A DNA stretch of 64,000 bases. It comes from an uncultured Planctomycetaceae bacterium (GTDB taxonomy: Bacteria > Planctomycetota > Phycisphaerae > SM23-33). The notes beneath the pieces are model-generated. The model saw only the letters and a program-made list of their open reading frames with translations. It ran no database searches and was not told where the DNA came from. Position 1 is the first letter of the stretch. Each line of letters opens with the position of its first letter. Below, one piece after another: positions 16,661 through 26,416 of this stretch. The position numbers were made by a program, and so were the translations under genes. The stretch covers positions 1,112 through 65,111 of the forward strand of contig CAYNYF010000010.1 in NCBI GenBank assembly GCA_964401385.1. Reading direction: 5' to 3'.

Positions 16661-18361
16661 CTATTGCTCCGGGCCCTGGATCGAGATCTCTCGGCTGCCG
16701 GCGGCGTCATGCTGTTGGCCTTGGGCGTAGACGTTGATGTGAAACTCACCAGCCGGGCAGTCGGCGGGGATGCGGACGCTCCAGGCGGCCTTGCCTTCAG
16801 TGATTCTGACGGAGTTCTCAACGACTACTTTGTTATTGGCGCGGGCGTTGGTGCGAATCATTTCCGCTTCCGCGCCTGGACGGTCTTCCGGCACGGCCGC
16901 GACGGGTCTCAACGTCCTGTCGCGGCGGATCGTCAGCGAAAAGTGGGCGGTGCCGGTCTTGACCGGGCCTGTCATGCGGACCTCGATGGTCTGACCCGGC
17001 CACGCCGCCGCCGGCGCCGACAGCGCGGCCCTCTCGCGCACGACCGGCAGCGAAAGGGCGGGATCGCCCAGCAGGTTGTACAGCATGATCTGGTCGGCCC
17101 GCTGATCCGACAGGGCGGCAAAGCCCAACTGCGTCGCGGCCAGCAGGTCCACCATCGTCCGGAACCCCGTTCTCCGGCCGCGGGCGAACCATTTTTGCAC
17201 TTGCAGGAAGGCCTGACCGACCGTCGGCGGGGGCGCCTCCAGCAGCGCCTCGGTCAGGAACGCGCCGAGGATCGCGTTGGCGTACGGCTGGGAGATGCGG
17301 CTGGAGCCGACGAATATCGCCGGGCCAGCGGGGCTGGCCAGCAATCGCTCGCCGACGGAAGCTTCCGCGCCGTCGAACCGGCCGGTCGAACAGGCCAGGG
17401 CGACCACGATGGTGCGGTGATGGGGAATGCGGATTGCCTTGACCGCGGAGCTGTTGAGGATCGGATACGTCTGGCCTTTCCAGGTGAACCGGTCAAACCC
17501 CTTCTCGCTGCCGTGGCCGATGTAGAACATCAGCGCCGGTCCGGCGTTGAGACGGTCGACCATGTGGTCGCTGAACCGCGACGGGGCGTAGCAGTAGGCC
17601 GAGGCGGGGTTGGCGTAGGACAGGTGGCAGTTCAGGTAGTTCGGCGCGTGGTCGGCCAGCACGATGGAAAAGAATCTTTCCAGAACCGCGTCGATCATGC
17701 GGCCGAAGCCGCCCGGCCCGGCGAAGACGTCGGCCCGGCGGCGCCACTGCCCGGGCGCTTGGCCGCGCTCGCAGGCCAGCGTTTTCCGTACCATCACCCG
17801 CAGGTCGCCCAGCGACCGGGCGGGCAGGCGCCCGACGGCGACGTCCGGAACGCCCGAGCCGGCCGGCGTCGCGTAGAGATAATCGCCGGCGAGGAATTTG
17901 TCAGAGGGCATCTCCGTGGAGTAGAAACGCGCCCGCGTGATCCACGTCGGCAGGTACATCCCCTCGGCGTTTCGCCTGTCGCCCGTGCCCACCAGCAGGA
18001 GAAACTTCGGCCGGGCGGGAGCGGCCGGCAACTTGGCCAGCGAGTGCAGAAAGTCGCGGATCGACTTGGCGCTGGCCCGGCCGTTTCCGAAGGCCTTGTA
18101 GATCGTCTCGGCCGTGGCGATGCGGACGGTCTGGCCGTGGCCGGACCGCCACTTGGCCAGCGGCATCACCTCGGCGACCGCCTTTTGCGGACAAATCAGA
18201 AGGTACGCCGGGACGATGTCCGGCTTCCTCACGTCGGCTAGGACGAGAGAGGCTTTACGCGCGGGCTGCTCGTCGGCCTTCGCGCAAGCCGGAACCGTCA
18301 GGGCGGCGAGGGCCGCCAGCCAAACTTGAGCATGCTTGCGGACCATCAGCAGACTCCGCAC
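16661..18361 (-). CDS. exported peptidase C25 (gingipain-like) family protein
   Basis: GTG 18361 or ATG 18346 start. Signal peptide AQVWLAALAALTVPACA. Clan CD His/Cys dyad context: MFYIGHGSEKGFDRFTW and TIVVALACSTGRFDG. Confidence 0.8.
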   Translation of the reverse strand: MRSLLMVRKHAQVWLAALAALTVPACAKADEQPARKASLVLADVRKPDIVPAYLLICPQKAVAEVMPLAKWRSGHGQTVRIATAETIYKAFGNGRASAKSIRDFLHSLAKLPAAPARPKFLLLVGTGDRRNAEGMYLPTWITRARFYSTEMPSDKFLAGDYLYATPAGSGVPDVAVGRLPARSLGDLRVMVRKTLACERGQAPGQWRRRADVFAGPGGFGRMIDAVLERFFSIVLADHAPNYLNCHLSYANPASAYCYAPSRFSDHMVDRLNAGPALMFYIGHGSEKGFDRFTWKGQTYPILNSSAVKAIRIPHHRTIVVALACSTGRFDGAEASVGERLLASPAGPAIFVGSSRISQPYANAILGAFLTEALLEAPPPTVGQAFLQVQKWFARGRRTGFRTMVDLLAATQLGFAALSDQRADQIMLYNLLGDPALSLPVVRERAALSAPAAAWPGQTIEVRMTGPVKTGTAHFSLTIRRDRTLRPVAAVPEDRPGAEAEMIRTNARANNKVVVENSVRITEGKAAWSVRIPADCPAGEFHINVYAQGQQHDAAGSREISIQGPEQ

Positions 18362-18387
18362 TCGGCGCGGGCGCCCTCATCCCCGCC

Positions 18388-21300
18388 TCACCTCAGCCAG
18401 CCAAAGCCCTGAAGACGGGGGAACAGCGTCTCCAGGAGATCGCGCACGTTCTCGTTCAGCATCGGGGCGATCTGCATATTCTGTTGCAGGTACGCCTCGA
18501 AGGGCGTCTCGATGCCGGCCACGATGCGTGTGACGTTGTCGTCGGATGCTTTCAGTGTGATGTCGGCCCCGTTGGGGGGTTGACGCAGGACGCTGACCCG
18601 TCCGCTGTCGATCTTCAGCGCGGCGCGGTGCTTTCGGCCGAGGATCGAGATCGTCCCGGTGAAGTCCTTCTTGCCCAGGCGGCGGGTAAGCAGCGGCGCA
18701 ATCTCCTCGAGGAATTGCGGCAGGTTCAGCAGGGCGAACATGGTCACTCCGCCGGTCTTCCGGGTGCGGTAGCCCATCGGCTGCAACAGTGGGGCCAGCA
18801 CCTCCGTGCCCCGCCAGACGCGGACGCGCTTGAGGCCGCGCTTGACCAGAAGGCGGTGGAGTTTTCCGATGAGGGCGCGGGCGACGTCATCGGCCTTCTT
18901 GTCGCTCCGGACGGCCATTGCGCTGATGGAGGTGTCCTTGCCGCGCGTCTGGGCGGCGACGGTGCCGACCAGCCTGCCGCCGCGGTAGGCCAGCATCACC
19001 GTCGCCCCGCCAGCGGGCCTCCTCGCACGGGCCGGGGCGGCGGCGAAGGACTCGCCGTAGCAGGCGTTGGAAAGGTCGGCCATCGCGCGCTCGTCGCCGC
19101 CGCGATACGCGCGGACTCTAATGCCTCTAACCGGCGCGGCCGGCGGCAGGCGACCCAGCTCACAGCTCAGCTCCTCACTCTGGCGATCGTCGACGAAGCC
19201 GAAGCTTCGATACATCGCGTGCGCGGTGTTGCGCGTGCCGGTGCCAAGGGCCGCACAGGAGCACCTGCGGGCGCGGGCATCGTTGAGCGACCGCGCCATC
19301 GCAAGCCGCGAGAGGCCCCTTCGGCGGAACTTCCGGGCGGTGTGCACCCAGTAAACCCAGAACATCGACACGTGCGTGTTGCAGGGCATGTGGGCGGTCA
19401 CGTCGTCGGAGAAGATGTTGGCGACGTGCCGGCCGTCCACCGTGGGGTAGACCTCCACGAACCCCGGATATCGCGTTTCGAGCCGTGCGGCCTTCGCCCC
19501 GTCGGCCCGACCGATGCCTGCCAGAGACAGCCGCTCCGCTCGCGCGTCGCCGACGCGCCCGAGCTGGTAGCCGGCCTCAAGCTGGAAGCGATGGTCCAGC
19601 TTCGTCGCCAGCGCCGCCAGGCGGGCGGCTCCCTTGCCGCCGCTGTGCTCGACGAGGCGCAGCGCGGCGATCGCCGCCAGGGCCGCATCGTCGCGCCTGC
19701 CCGCCAGCGCCTCCAGCTCGCTAAGCCCGCGGCAGTCGCGGGCCTGCCCCAGCCGCGAGGCCCCAACCAGCCGCACCGCCGCATCGCACGAGCGCAACTG
19801 CCGCACCGCATGTCCCGGCGGGCGCTTGTCCGCCTGCTCGCGGGCGATCAGGGCCTCCAGCGCGTCGGCCCGCTCCGAGGCCGGCGCATCGGTGTCCTTC
19901 AGCAGGCGAACAAGGTATCGCCGCACGCCGCGCTGGAACGCCGCCGAGCCGAATCGCTCCCGCGGCAGCGGATGCACCGTCGCCGGCATCTCGGAAAACC
20001 ACGGATACAGGTCCTCCTTCACGGCCTGGCTGAGAAAGTGGATCGTGCGGTCCAGCTCCGTGAAGACCGCCTCCGGTGCCGCCGCCCGGTTTAACTTCTT
20101 CGGGATGGCCCCGAAGAAGCGCTCCAAGATGTCCCAACCGTAGCGCCGCGCGAGTGCCAACCAGATCCACAGCCCGGGAGCGTCGTCCCCTTCGCCATAG
20201 TAGCGTCCGGGGTCGAGCCCCTTGCTCCTGAGCCGACTTTGGCGCTCCAGCGCCTCGCCGAGACGCTCGGACTCTTGAGCGAACCCGGCCCATCGCATCG
20301 CCAACAGCCCCGAGAACCGCCCTAGTGCTTCCCTGCCCAGGAAGGTCTCCCTGAGCACCCTACCGGCCTGGCCGTGCCATGCTATCAAGTCCCCCACCTG
20401 CCGACCCAGCGCGAACGCCAGTTCCGCGTCGGGCGCCCCCACGCCCAGGTGGATCACCGGTCCGCTCGAATGCCACGACCAGTCGATCCCCGACCGGCAG
20501 GAACCGTTCAGCTCGATCCGCCAGCTTCGGGGCTCGTCGGTCGGCGCCGCCGCCTCGAAGCGAGGAAGCAGCTTCCGCGCCATCCGCGTCACCGCCGGGA
20601 CCCGACGCGCCACGCTCGAGGCGTATCGGATTTCCACGTTCCCGGCCCGTCTGGTCGCGTACTTCGGGAAGACCTCGCACGGCAGCCTTTCGGGGCCTCC
20701 GCGGCCCGCCCGCTTGGAGGCGAGGTGGTCGATCAGGGCCCGGTGCAAACGCCCGCCTCCCTCGGACGAAAAGCTCCCGCCCACGGCGACGACCTTGCCC
20801 GCGCCGAACTGCACCGACAGTGCGGCCGCTTCGCCCGTCCCGCGGTGGCACAGCAGGACGGTCGCCCGCCTGGACGCGCGCAGCGGGCTCCACTGCTCCA
20901 GGAACACGTCTTCCTTCCGCAGTCCGCGCATCGGCGCGGATCGGCCCAGAGCAATCGACCCGGCGGGATATCCACGCACGAGGTTACCGTCCAGATCGGT
21001 CCGCCCGGTCGCGTCGGCCGGGGCGACGAACTCGACGCCGAAGCGTCGCGCGATGGCGGCCACGGCCATCTCTTCGACGCCTTTGCCCGTGAAGCGATCG
21101 AAAGCCCCTGCCGACCCGGACAGCAGCAGCCCGCCGCCGCGGCGGACGAACTGCACGATCGCGTCCGTTTCCCGCCGGCTGTACGTCATCGCCGCCTGGG
21201 CGACGATCGCCAGCATGTCGTAGCGGCGCAGCCTCGCGGCCGTCAGCGGCACGCGGCTGTCGGTCGTCTCATACCGATCGTCCGGCTCCAGGCGGACGAA

Positions 21301-21390
21301 GCTTACCCCGGCCAAAAGATCGCGCGACCGGTCGACCAAGATGGCCACCGGGTGTCCGCGGCGGCGCTTCGGCTCTCGTGATATTGACAT
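18388..21390 (-). CDS. ~1000-aa multidomain protein: GATase1/ThuA-like N-domain, unknown middle region, HEAT-like repeats, two GNAT acetyltransferase domains, SCP2-like C-terminus
   Basis: The track ORF extends to 21699. ATG 21390 (MSISREPK...) is preceded by GGGAGGTAAGCAACCT. N-terminus: YDMLAIVAQAAMTYSRRETDAIVQFVRRGGGLLLSG. GNAT motif A-like RKFRRRGLSRLAM and a second GNAT (AMAVRSDKKADDVARALIGKL). The C-terminal LNLPQFLEEIAPLL...ITLKASDDNVTRIVAGIETPFEAYL looks like an SCP2/Eis C-domain. Confidence 0.7.
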   Translation of the reverse strand: MSISREPKRRRGHPVAILVDRSRDLLAGVSFVRLEPDDRYETTDSRVPLTAARLRRYDMLAIVAQAAMTYSRRETDAIVQFVRRGGGLLLSGSAGAFDRFTGKGVEEMAVAAIARRFGVEFVAPADATGRTDLDGNLVRGYPAGSIALGRSAPMRGLRKEDVFLEQWSPLRASRRATVLLCHRGTGEAAALSVQFGAGKVVAVGGSFSSEGGGRLHRALIDHLASKRAGRGGPERLPCEVFPKYATRRAGNVEIRYASSVARRVPAVTRMARKLLPRFEAAAPTDEPRSWRIELNGSCRSGIDWSWHSSGPVIHLGVGAPDAELAFALGRQVGDLIAWHGQAGRVLRETFLGREALGRFSGLLAMRWAGFAQESERLGEALERQSRLRSKGLDPGRYYGEGDDAPGLWIWLALARRYGWDILERFFGAIPKKLNRAAAPEAVFTELDRTIHFLSQAVKEDLYPWFSEMPATVHPLPRERFGSAAFQRGVRRYLVRLLKDTDAPASERADALEALIAREQADKRPPGHAVRQLRSCDAAVRLVGASRLGQARDCRGLSELEALAGRRDDAALAAIAALRLVEHSGGKGAARLAALATKLDHRFQLEAGYQLGRVGDARAERLSLAGIGRADGAKAARLETRYPGFVEVYPTVDGRHVANIFSDDVTAHMPCNTHVSMFWVYWVHTARKFRRRGLSRLAMARSLNDARARRCSCAALGTGTRNTAHAMYRSFGFVDDRQSEELSCELGRLPPAAPVRGIRVRAYRGGDERAMADLSNACYGESFAAAPARARRPAGGATVMLAYRGGRLVGTVAAQTRGKDTSISAMAVRSDKKADDVARALIGKLHRLLVKRGLKRVRVWRGTEVLAPLLQPMGYRTRKTGGVTMFALLNLPQFLEEIAPLLTRRLGKKDFTGTISILGRKHRAALKIDSGRVSVLRQPPNGADITLKASDDNVTRIVAGIETPFEAYLQQNMQIAPMLNENVRDLLETLFPRLQGFGWLR

Positions 21391-21638
21391 AGGTTGCTTA
21401 CCTCCCGGATCCCCGAGCGGCGTTGACGCTTCCGCAGAAGGCGCGGGGACGGGCAGGATACAGCATCCCCGCGCGCGCGTGCAAGGAGACTTTGACGCCC
21501 GATTGCCCCGAGAGAAGGCGCCGGCTTTTATAATCGCCTGGCCGGACCGGCAGATCAATACGGAGTCGCGGTTTGCCCGCCCCGGAGGGTACGGCCGTTC
21601 GCCCGTGGGTGGCGCGGTTTGCACTTGACGCCGCCAAG

Positions 21639-21672
21639 ACAAAGCGCGAAAGTAGTTGTTTTCGCTCTTTGT
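21639..21672 (+). repeat. 13-bp imperfect inverted repeat upstream of pruA (possible operator or 5'-UTR hairpin)
   Basis: ACAAAGCGCGAAA (21639-21651), then an 8-nt spacer, then TTTCGCTCTTTGT (21660-21672). 12 of 13 positions are complementary. It ends 27 nt before the pruA ATG, just 5' of the AAGGAGA ribosome-binding site. Confidence 0.55.
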
Positions 21673-21698
21673 GAAAAGACCAATGCAAGGAGATAGCA

Positions 21699-23330
21699 AT
21701 GTTTAACGGAATTTTCCAGGTTCCCCGGCCGAAGAACGAGCCCGCCCTGAACTACGCCCCGGGCAGCCCGGAGCGGGCGGAGCTGAAGGCCAAGCTGGCG
21801 GAGATGCTGGGCGAGAAGCTCGAGGTGCCGATGGTCATCGGGGGCGAAGAGGTCCGCAGCGGCAAGCTGGCGAAAATGCGGTACCCCCACGACCACAAGC
21901 GCATCCTGGGCACGTATCACCAGGGCAACGCCCTGTACGTAACGAAGGCCATCGAGGCGGCCAACCAGGCCAAGAAGGAGTGGGCCCAGATGCCCTGGGA
22001 CTCCCGCGCGATCGTGCTGCTGAAGGCGGCCGAGCTGCTTGCGGGCAAGTACCGACAGACCCTCAACGCCGCCACCATGCTCAACATGTCGAAGACGCCG
22101 CAGCAGGCCGAGATCGATTCGGCCTGCGAGCTGATCGATTTCTGGCGGTTCAACCCGCACTTCATGCAGCTTGTGTACGGGGATCAGCCGATGTCGACGC
22201 GCGGCGTGCAGAATTACATGGAGCACCGGCCGCTGGATGGGTTCGTGCTGGCGATCACACCGTTCAACTTCACCTCCATCGCCGGCAACCTGCCGACGGC
22301 GCCGGCGCTGATGGGCAACACCGTGGTCTGGAAGCCGGCGTCGGCCGCGGTGCTGCCGGCGTACTTTATTATGAAGGTCCTCACCGAGGCCGGTTTGCCC
22401 CCGGGGGTGATCAACATGGTGCCGGGGCCGGGGCCGATTATCGGTCCGCCGGCGCTGGATAACGTCAGCCTGGGCGGGATCCACTTCACCGGCTCCACCA
22501 AGGTCTTCTCGACGATCTGGCTGGCGGTGGGCTCTGACATTCGCAAGTACGTCTCCTATCCGCGGATCGTCGGCGAGACCGGCGGCAAGAACTTCATCTT
22601 TGCCCACGCCAGCACCGATATTGAAGCCCTGGTGGCGGCGCTGGTTCGGGGCGCGTTTGAGTATCAGGGGCAGAAGTGCTCGGCCGCGTCGCGGGCGTAT
22701 ATTCCGGATTCGATCTGGCCGGCGGTCAAGGAGCGCCTGCTGGCCGACACCGCCGAGCTCAAGATGGGCGACGTGACGGACTTCCAAAACTTCATGGGGG
22801 CGGTGATCGACAAGAATTCCTTTGACAGCATCAGCGGCTACATCGACTATGCCCGCAGCAGCCCTGACATGGATATTCTCGTGGGCGGGGGGGCCGATGA
22901 CTCCCTCGGGCACTTCATCGAGCCGACCGTGGTGCTGTCGAGCGATCCGAAATCCCGGCTGATGACGGAAGAGATCTTCGGGCCGGTTCTGACCGTCTAT
23001 GTCTACCCCGAAGCTGAGTACGACCAGGCGCTTGAGCTTTGCGATCAGACTTCGTCGTACGCGCTGACCGGCTCGATCTTCGCCACCGAGCGGACCGCGA
23101 TCGTCAAGGCGATGAACACCCTGCGCCACGCGGCCGGGAATTTCTACATCAACGACAAGCCCACGGGAGCGGTCGTCGGCCAGCAGCCCTTTGGGGGCGC
23201 CAGGGCCTCCGGCACCAACGACAAGGCCGGCAGTTGGCTGAACCTTGAAAGGTGGGTTTCGCCGCGGACAATCAAGGAGACGTTCCTGCCGCCGAGAGAC
23301 TTCCGGTATCCGTACATGGCCGAGGAATAG
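21699..23330 (+). CDS. pruA: L-glutamate gamma-semialdehyde (1-pyrroline-5-carboxylate) dehydrogenase
   Basis: 543-aa ALDH-superfamily ORF. N-terminus FQVPRPKNEPALNYAPGSPER is typical of P5C dehydrogenases. FTGSTKVF, GETGGKNF and YQGQKCSAASR carry the catalytic Glu/Cys motifs. AAGGAGA RBS. Confidence 0.9.
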   Translation: MFNGIFQVPRPKNEPALNYAPGSPERAELKAKLAEMLGEKLEVPMVIGGEEVRSGKLAKMRYPHDHKRILGTYHQGNALYVTKAIEAANQAKKEWAQMPWDSRAIVLLKAAELLAGKYRQTLNAATMLNMSKTPQQAEIDSACELIDFWRFNPHFMQLVYGDQPMSTRGVQNYMEHRPLDGFVLAITPFNFTSIAGNLPTAPALMGNTVVWKPASAAVLPAYFIMKVLTEAGLPPGVINMVPGPGPIIGPPALDNVSLGGIHFTGSTKVFSTIWLAVGSDIRKYVSYPRIVGETGGKNFIFAHASTDIEALVAALVRGAFEYQGQKCSAASRAYIPDSIWPAVKERLLADTAELKMGDVTDFQNFMGAVIDKNSFDSISGYIDYARSSPDMDILVGGGADDSLGHFIEPTVVLSSDPKSRLMTEEIFGPVLTVYVYPEAEYDQALELCDQTSSYALTGSIFATERTAIVKAMNTLRHAAGNFYINDKPTGAVVGQQPFGGARASGTNDKAGSWLNLERWVSPRTIKETFLPPRDFRYPYMAEE

Positions 23331-23393
23331 GCGCGGCGGCCACAGAAGCCAGCATCCGCTCGATTCGGCTCATGGGAGCGGGCGAGCAAGACA

Positions 23394-24635
23394 ATGGGAA
23401 AACAGACAAGAAAGCCCCGGAAGCGTAGGAAGCCGGCGGTCGGGCAGGGCCTGTCCACCCGCGCCATCCACGCCGGCGAGGACCGGGAGCGCTATGCCGA
23501 TTCGATCACGACTCCCATCGTCCAGACCTCCACCTACGCGTTCAAGGACAGCAAGGAGATCCGCGCCTACACGAAGGGCGGCAAGGAGCGATTCGAGTAC
23601 GGCCGGTACGGCAACCCCACCGAAAAGGTGGCGCAGCGCCGGATGGCTGCCCTGGAAGGGGCGGAGGAGTGCGTGATCTTCGGCTCCGGGATGAGCGCGA
23701 TCGTCACCACCATCCTGGCGCTGGTCCACAGCGGCGATCACATCGTCATCACCGACGATGCCTACAAGAAGACGCTCGAGTTTTGCAGCTCCTATCTTCA
23801 GCGATTCGGCGTCGGCTGTACGATCGTGCCCTTCGGCGACTATGACGCCCTGGATCGCGCGATCGGGCCGAAGACGCGCTTCATCTTCTCGGAGTCCCCG
23901 ACCAATCCCTACCTGAACGTCTTCGACTTGGTGCGGCTTCGCCGGATCGCCCGCAAGCACAAGGTCCTGACGCTGATCGACAGCACGTTCGCCACCCCGG
24001 CGAACCAGCGGCCGCTGGAGTTCGGCGTCGATCTGGTGATGCACAGCGGCACCAAGTATCTGGGCGGGCACAACGACATCTTGGCCGGGGCGGTGCTGGG
24101 GCGAAAGGAACTGGTTGACGAAATCCGGGTTCTGCACAAGGCCATCGGCGGCGTGATTGATCCGCACTGCTGTTACCTGCTCCTGCGCGGGCTGAAGACC
24201 TTCGCCCTGCGCATGGCCGCGCAGAACGAAACGGCCATGAGGGTGGCGACGTTTCTGGAAGGCCATCCGTGCGTGAAGCGCGTCTACTATCCTGGGCTGA
24301 AGAGCCACCGGCACCACCGCATCGCCAAGGCACAGATGGACGGGTTCGGCGGCGTGGTCACCTTCGACATCAAGGGCAACCTGGCTACGGCCAAGCGCTT
24401 CCTCGACGGCCTCAAGCTGTGCTTTATCGCGCCCAGCCTGGGCGGGGTCGAAACCCTCATCACCCACCCGGCCCTGGTCAGCTACTACGAGTATTCGCGC
24501 AAACAGCGCTACGACCTGGGCATCACCGACACGCTGATCCGCCTGGCCGTCGGCGTCGAGGACGCCGACGACATCATCGCCGACCTCGACCAGGCGCTGA
24601 AGCGCACCCGCCGGGCCGGCAGGCGGAAGAGGTAG
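23394..24635 (+). CDS. Cys/Met-metabolism PLP-dependent enzyme (cystathionine gamma-synthase/lyase family)
   Basis: 413-aa ORF. STRAIHAGE, PIVQTSTYAF, YGRYGNPT, and HSGTKYLGGHND (PLP lysine context) are typical of the transsulfuration family. Basic N- and C-terminal tails. Confidence 0.85.
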   Translation: MGKQTRKPRKRRKPAVGQGLSTRAIHAGEDRERYADSITTPIVQTSTYAFKDSKEIRAYTKGGKERFEYGRYGNPTEKVAQRRMAALEGAEECVIFGSGMSAIVTTILALVHSGDHIVITDDAYKKTLEFCSSYLQRFGVGCTIVPFGDYDALDRAIGPKTRFIFSESPTNPYLNVFDLVRLRRIARKHKVLTLIDSTFATPANQRPLEFGVDLVMHSGTKYLGGHNDILAGAVLGRKELVDEIRVLHKAIGGVIDPHCCYLLLRGLKTFALRMAAQNETAMRVATFLEGHPCVKRVYYPGLKSHRHHRIAKAQMDGFGGVVTFDIKGNLATAKRFLDGLKLCFIAPSLGGVETLITHPALVSYYEYSRKQRYDLGITDTLIRLAVGVEDADDIIADLDQALKRTRRAGRRKR

Positions 24636-24792
24636 ACGCGCGCCCGGCGGGGCGCAGGCCGTGGTGAAGCTGGGGCTTTTTCCGAGAAGTGGCGTCGGTG
24701 TCCTGATGCGGAGAGCGCCTGTGGCGTTCACAAACGGAGCCCATGTGGGAGACCTGCCGTAGGGGCCCTCTACCGTAAGAAAGGATGGGAAG

Positions 24793-26286
24793 ATGGCAGC
24801 TAGTCCCCTTGGAATGTTCCTGATCGTGCTGCTGGGCGGGGGCGGCGACCTGTTGGACTTCCTCTCGTCAAAGGCCTACTGGCAGGCCAAAGGCGTGGAG
24901 ATCACCGCGGCGAACATGCTGGCCGAGCTTCGGCCGGTTGAACTGGGGGATGTGCCGGCCCTGATCCGGCAGCTCGCCTCCGAACGGCACGCGGATCGCG
25001 AACAAGCCTCCCAGAAGCTTCTGGCCAAGGGGCCGACGGTGGTGCCGCGATTGCTCAAGGCGGCCGGGTCGGCCGACGCCGAGGCGGCCGCTCGGATCAG
25101 AAACCTGGTTCGGGCCCTTTCGGGCAGAGACAAGGCCCGGGCCGTCCGGCGGCTGATGGCGATTCGCACACTGGGCGAGGTCAAGGACCGCGCGGCCGTG
25201 CCGGCCCTGCGGAAGCTGCTGGACTCGAAGGCCCTCTTCGAGGCCGAGTACGCCCGGGCCGCTATCGCCGCCATCGAGGGCAAACCGTTCAAGCGCCCCG
25301 TCGCCTCGACCAAGGCTATGGAAAGCGACCTGTGGCTGCTGCCGGGCAACTGCGCCGCCGTGGGTCAGGTCGCACTGCCCGCCGGCAAGCCAGTGGATCT
25401 CGACCAGATGGCCAAGGAGCTGACCGCCATGCTGCCGGAGGGCAAGGCAGAAGAGGCGCTGAAACAGGCCAACGAGGGGTTGATCGCCGTGGCCGAGCGG
25501 ATCGGCAACGTCAGGCTCCACGGCATCACCTTCGGCGTCGCCGACGACATAGGCGATGACAGCGGCTACGTGGTCTTCATTGCCCGCGGCCTCTACGACG
25601 TGACGGCCGTCCGGACGGCCCTGCTGGAGCAGCGGGCCAAGCCGCAGGTGGTGGAGGGGACGGAAGTTCTTGGGTTCGGCGGGGATGACCCGGTACTGAT
25701 CCTGGCCTCGAACGAGCGGCTGGTGTTCCTGGTGAGTCCGTCAGGCGAGAAGCTGCCGATCGCGCAGATGGTCGCGGCCCTGAAGGCCGGAAAGGGCAAG
25801 CTGGCCGGTAATCAGGACATCGCAAAGCTGGTCAAATCCGTCGGCGTCGACAATGCCCTGTGGGCGGTCATGCGCGTCAGCGAAGCCTACCGCCAGGCAT
25901 CGCTGCTGGCGCCGTTCAAGACCGTCACCCTCGTGGGCAAGCGGAAGGGCGAGCAGATGGATTTCGCGCTCAAGGCGACGGGCACCGAGGCCGAAAGGGT
26001 CAGCCAGGCCGTAACCGAGTTCAACGAGCTGATGGCCGAGGGGCGCGAGGGGATAGCCCGCGAGGCTGAGCGCATGCCCGCCATGAAGCCCGTGGCCGAC
26101 CTGCTTGCGAGCATCAAGGCCAAGGCCGAGGGGCCCAACGCGACCGTCACCGCCTGCTTCAAAGGCGATGTGAAGAGGCTGCTGGGCATGCCGTTCGTGA
26201 TGTTGGTGTCCGTCAGGGCCGCGCATACCGAGATGATGGAATTGGAGGCGGCACCTCCTGTGCCTCAGCCTGCCCCGGGCCCGTGA
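24793..26286 (+). CDS. hypothetical membrane-anchored/exported protein with HEAT-like repeats
   Basis: 497-aa ORF. N-terminal hydrophobic segment LGMFLIVLLGGGG. HEAT/PBS-lyase-like repeats (VPRLLKAAGSADAEAAARI, AIRTLGEVKDRAAVPALRKLL). Coding-like GC3. No family recognised. Confidence 0.55.
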   Translation: MAASPLGMFLIVLLGGGGDLLDFLSSKAYWQAKGVEITAANMLAELRPVELGDVPALIRQLASERHADREQASQKLLAKGPTVVPRLLKAAGSADAEAAARIRNLVRALSGRDKARAVRRLMAIRTLGEVKDRAAVPALRKLLDSKALFEAEYARAAIAAIEGKPFKRPVASTKAMESDLWLLPGNCAAVGQVALPAGKPVDLDQMAKELTAMLPEGKAEEALKQANEGLIAVAERIGNVRLHGITFGVADDIGDDSGYVVFIARGLYDVTAVRTALLEQRAKPQVVEGTEVLGFGGDDPVLILASNERLVFLVSPSGEKLPIAQMVAALKAGKGKLAGNQDIAKLVKSVGVDNALWAVMRVSEAYRQASLLAPFKTVTLVGKRKGEQMDFALKATGTEAERVSQAVTEFNELMAEGREGIAREAERMPAMKPVADLLASIKAKAEGPNATVTACFKGDVKRLLGMPFVMLVSVRAAHTEMMELEAAPPVPQPAPGP

Positions 26287-26416
26287 ACGCGGCTCGGGCC
26301 GCGCCGGGCGATGCCGGCGCTTGCACTATCTCCAAGCTGTTGGCAATATGATGCGCGGAACATTCTGAACGAGTCGACATGGTTGTTGGCATTCCCCAAG
26401 TGGCGCCGAGGAAACT

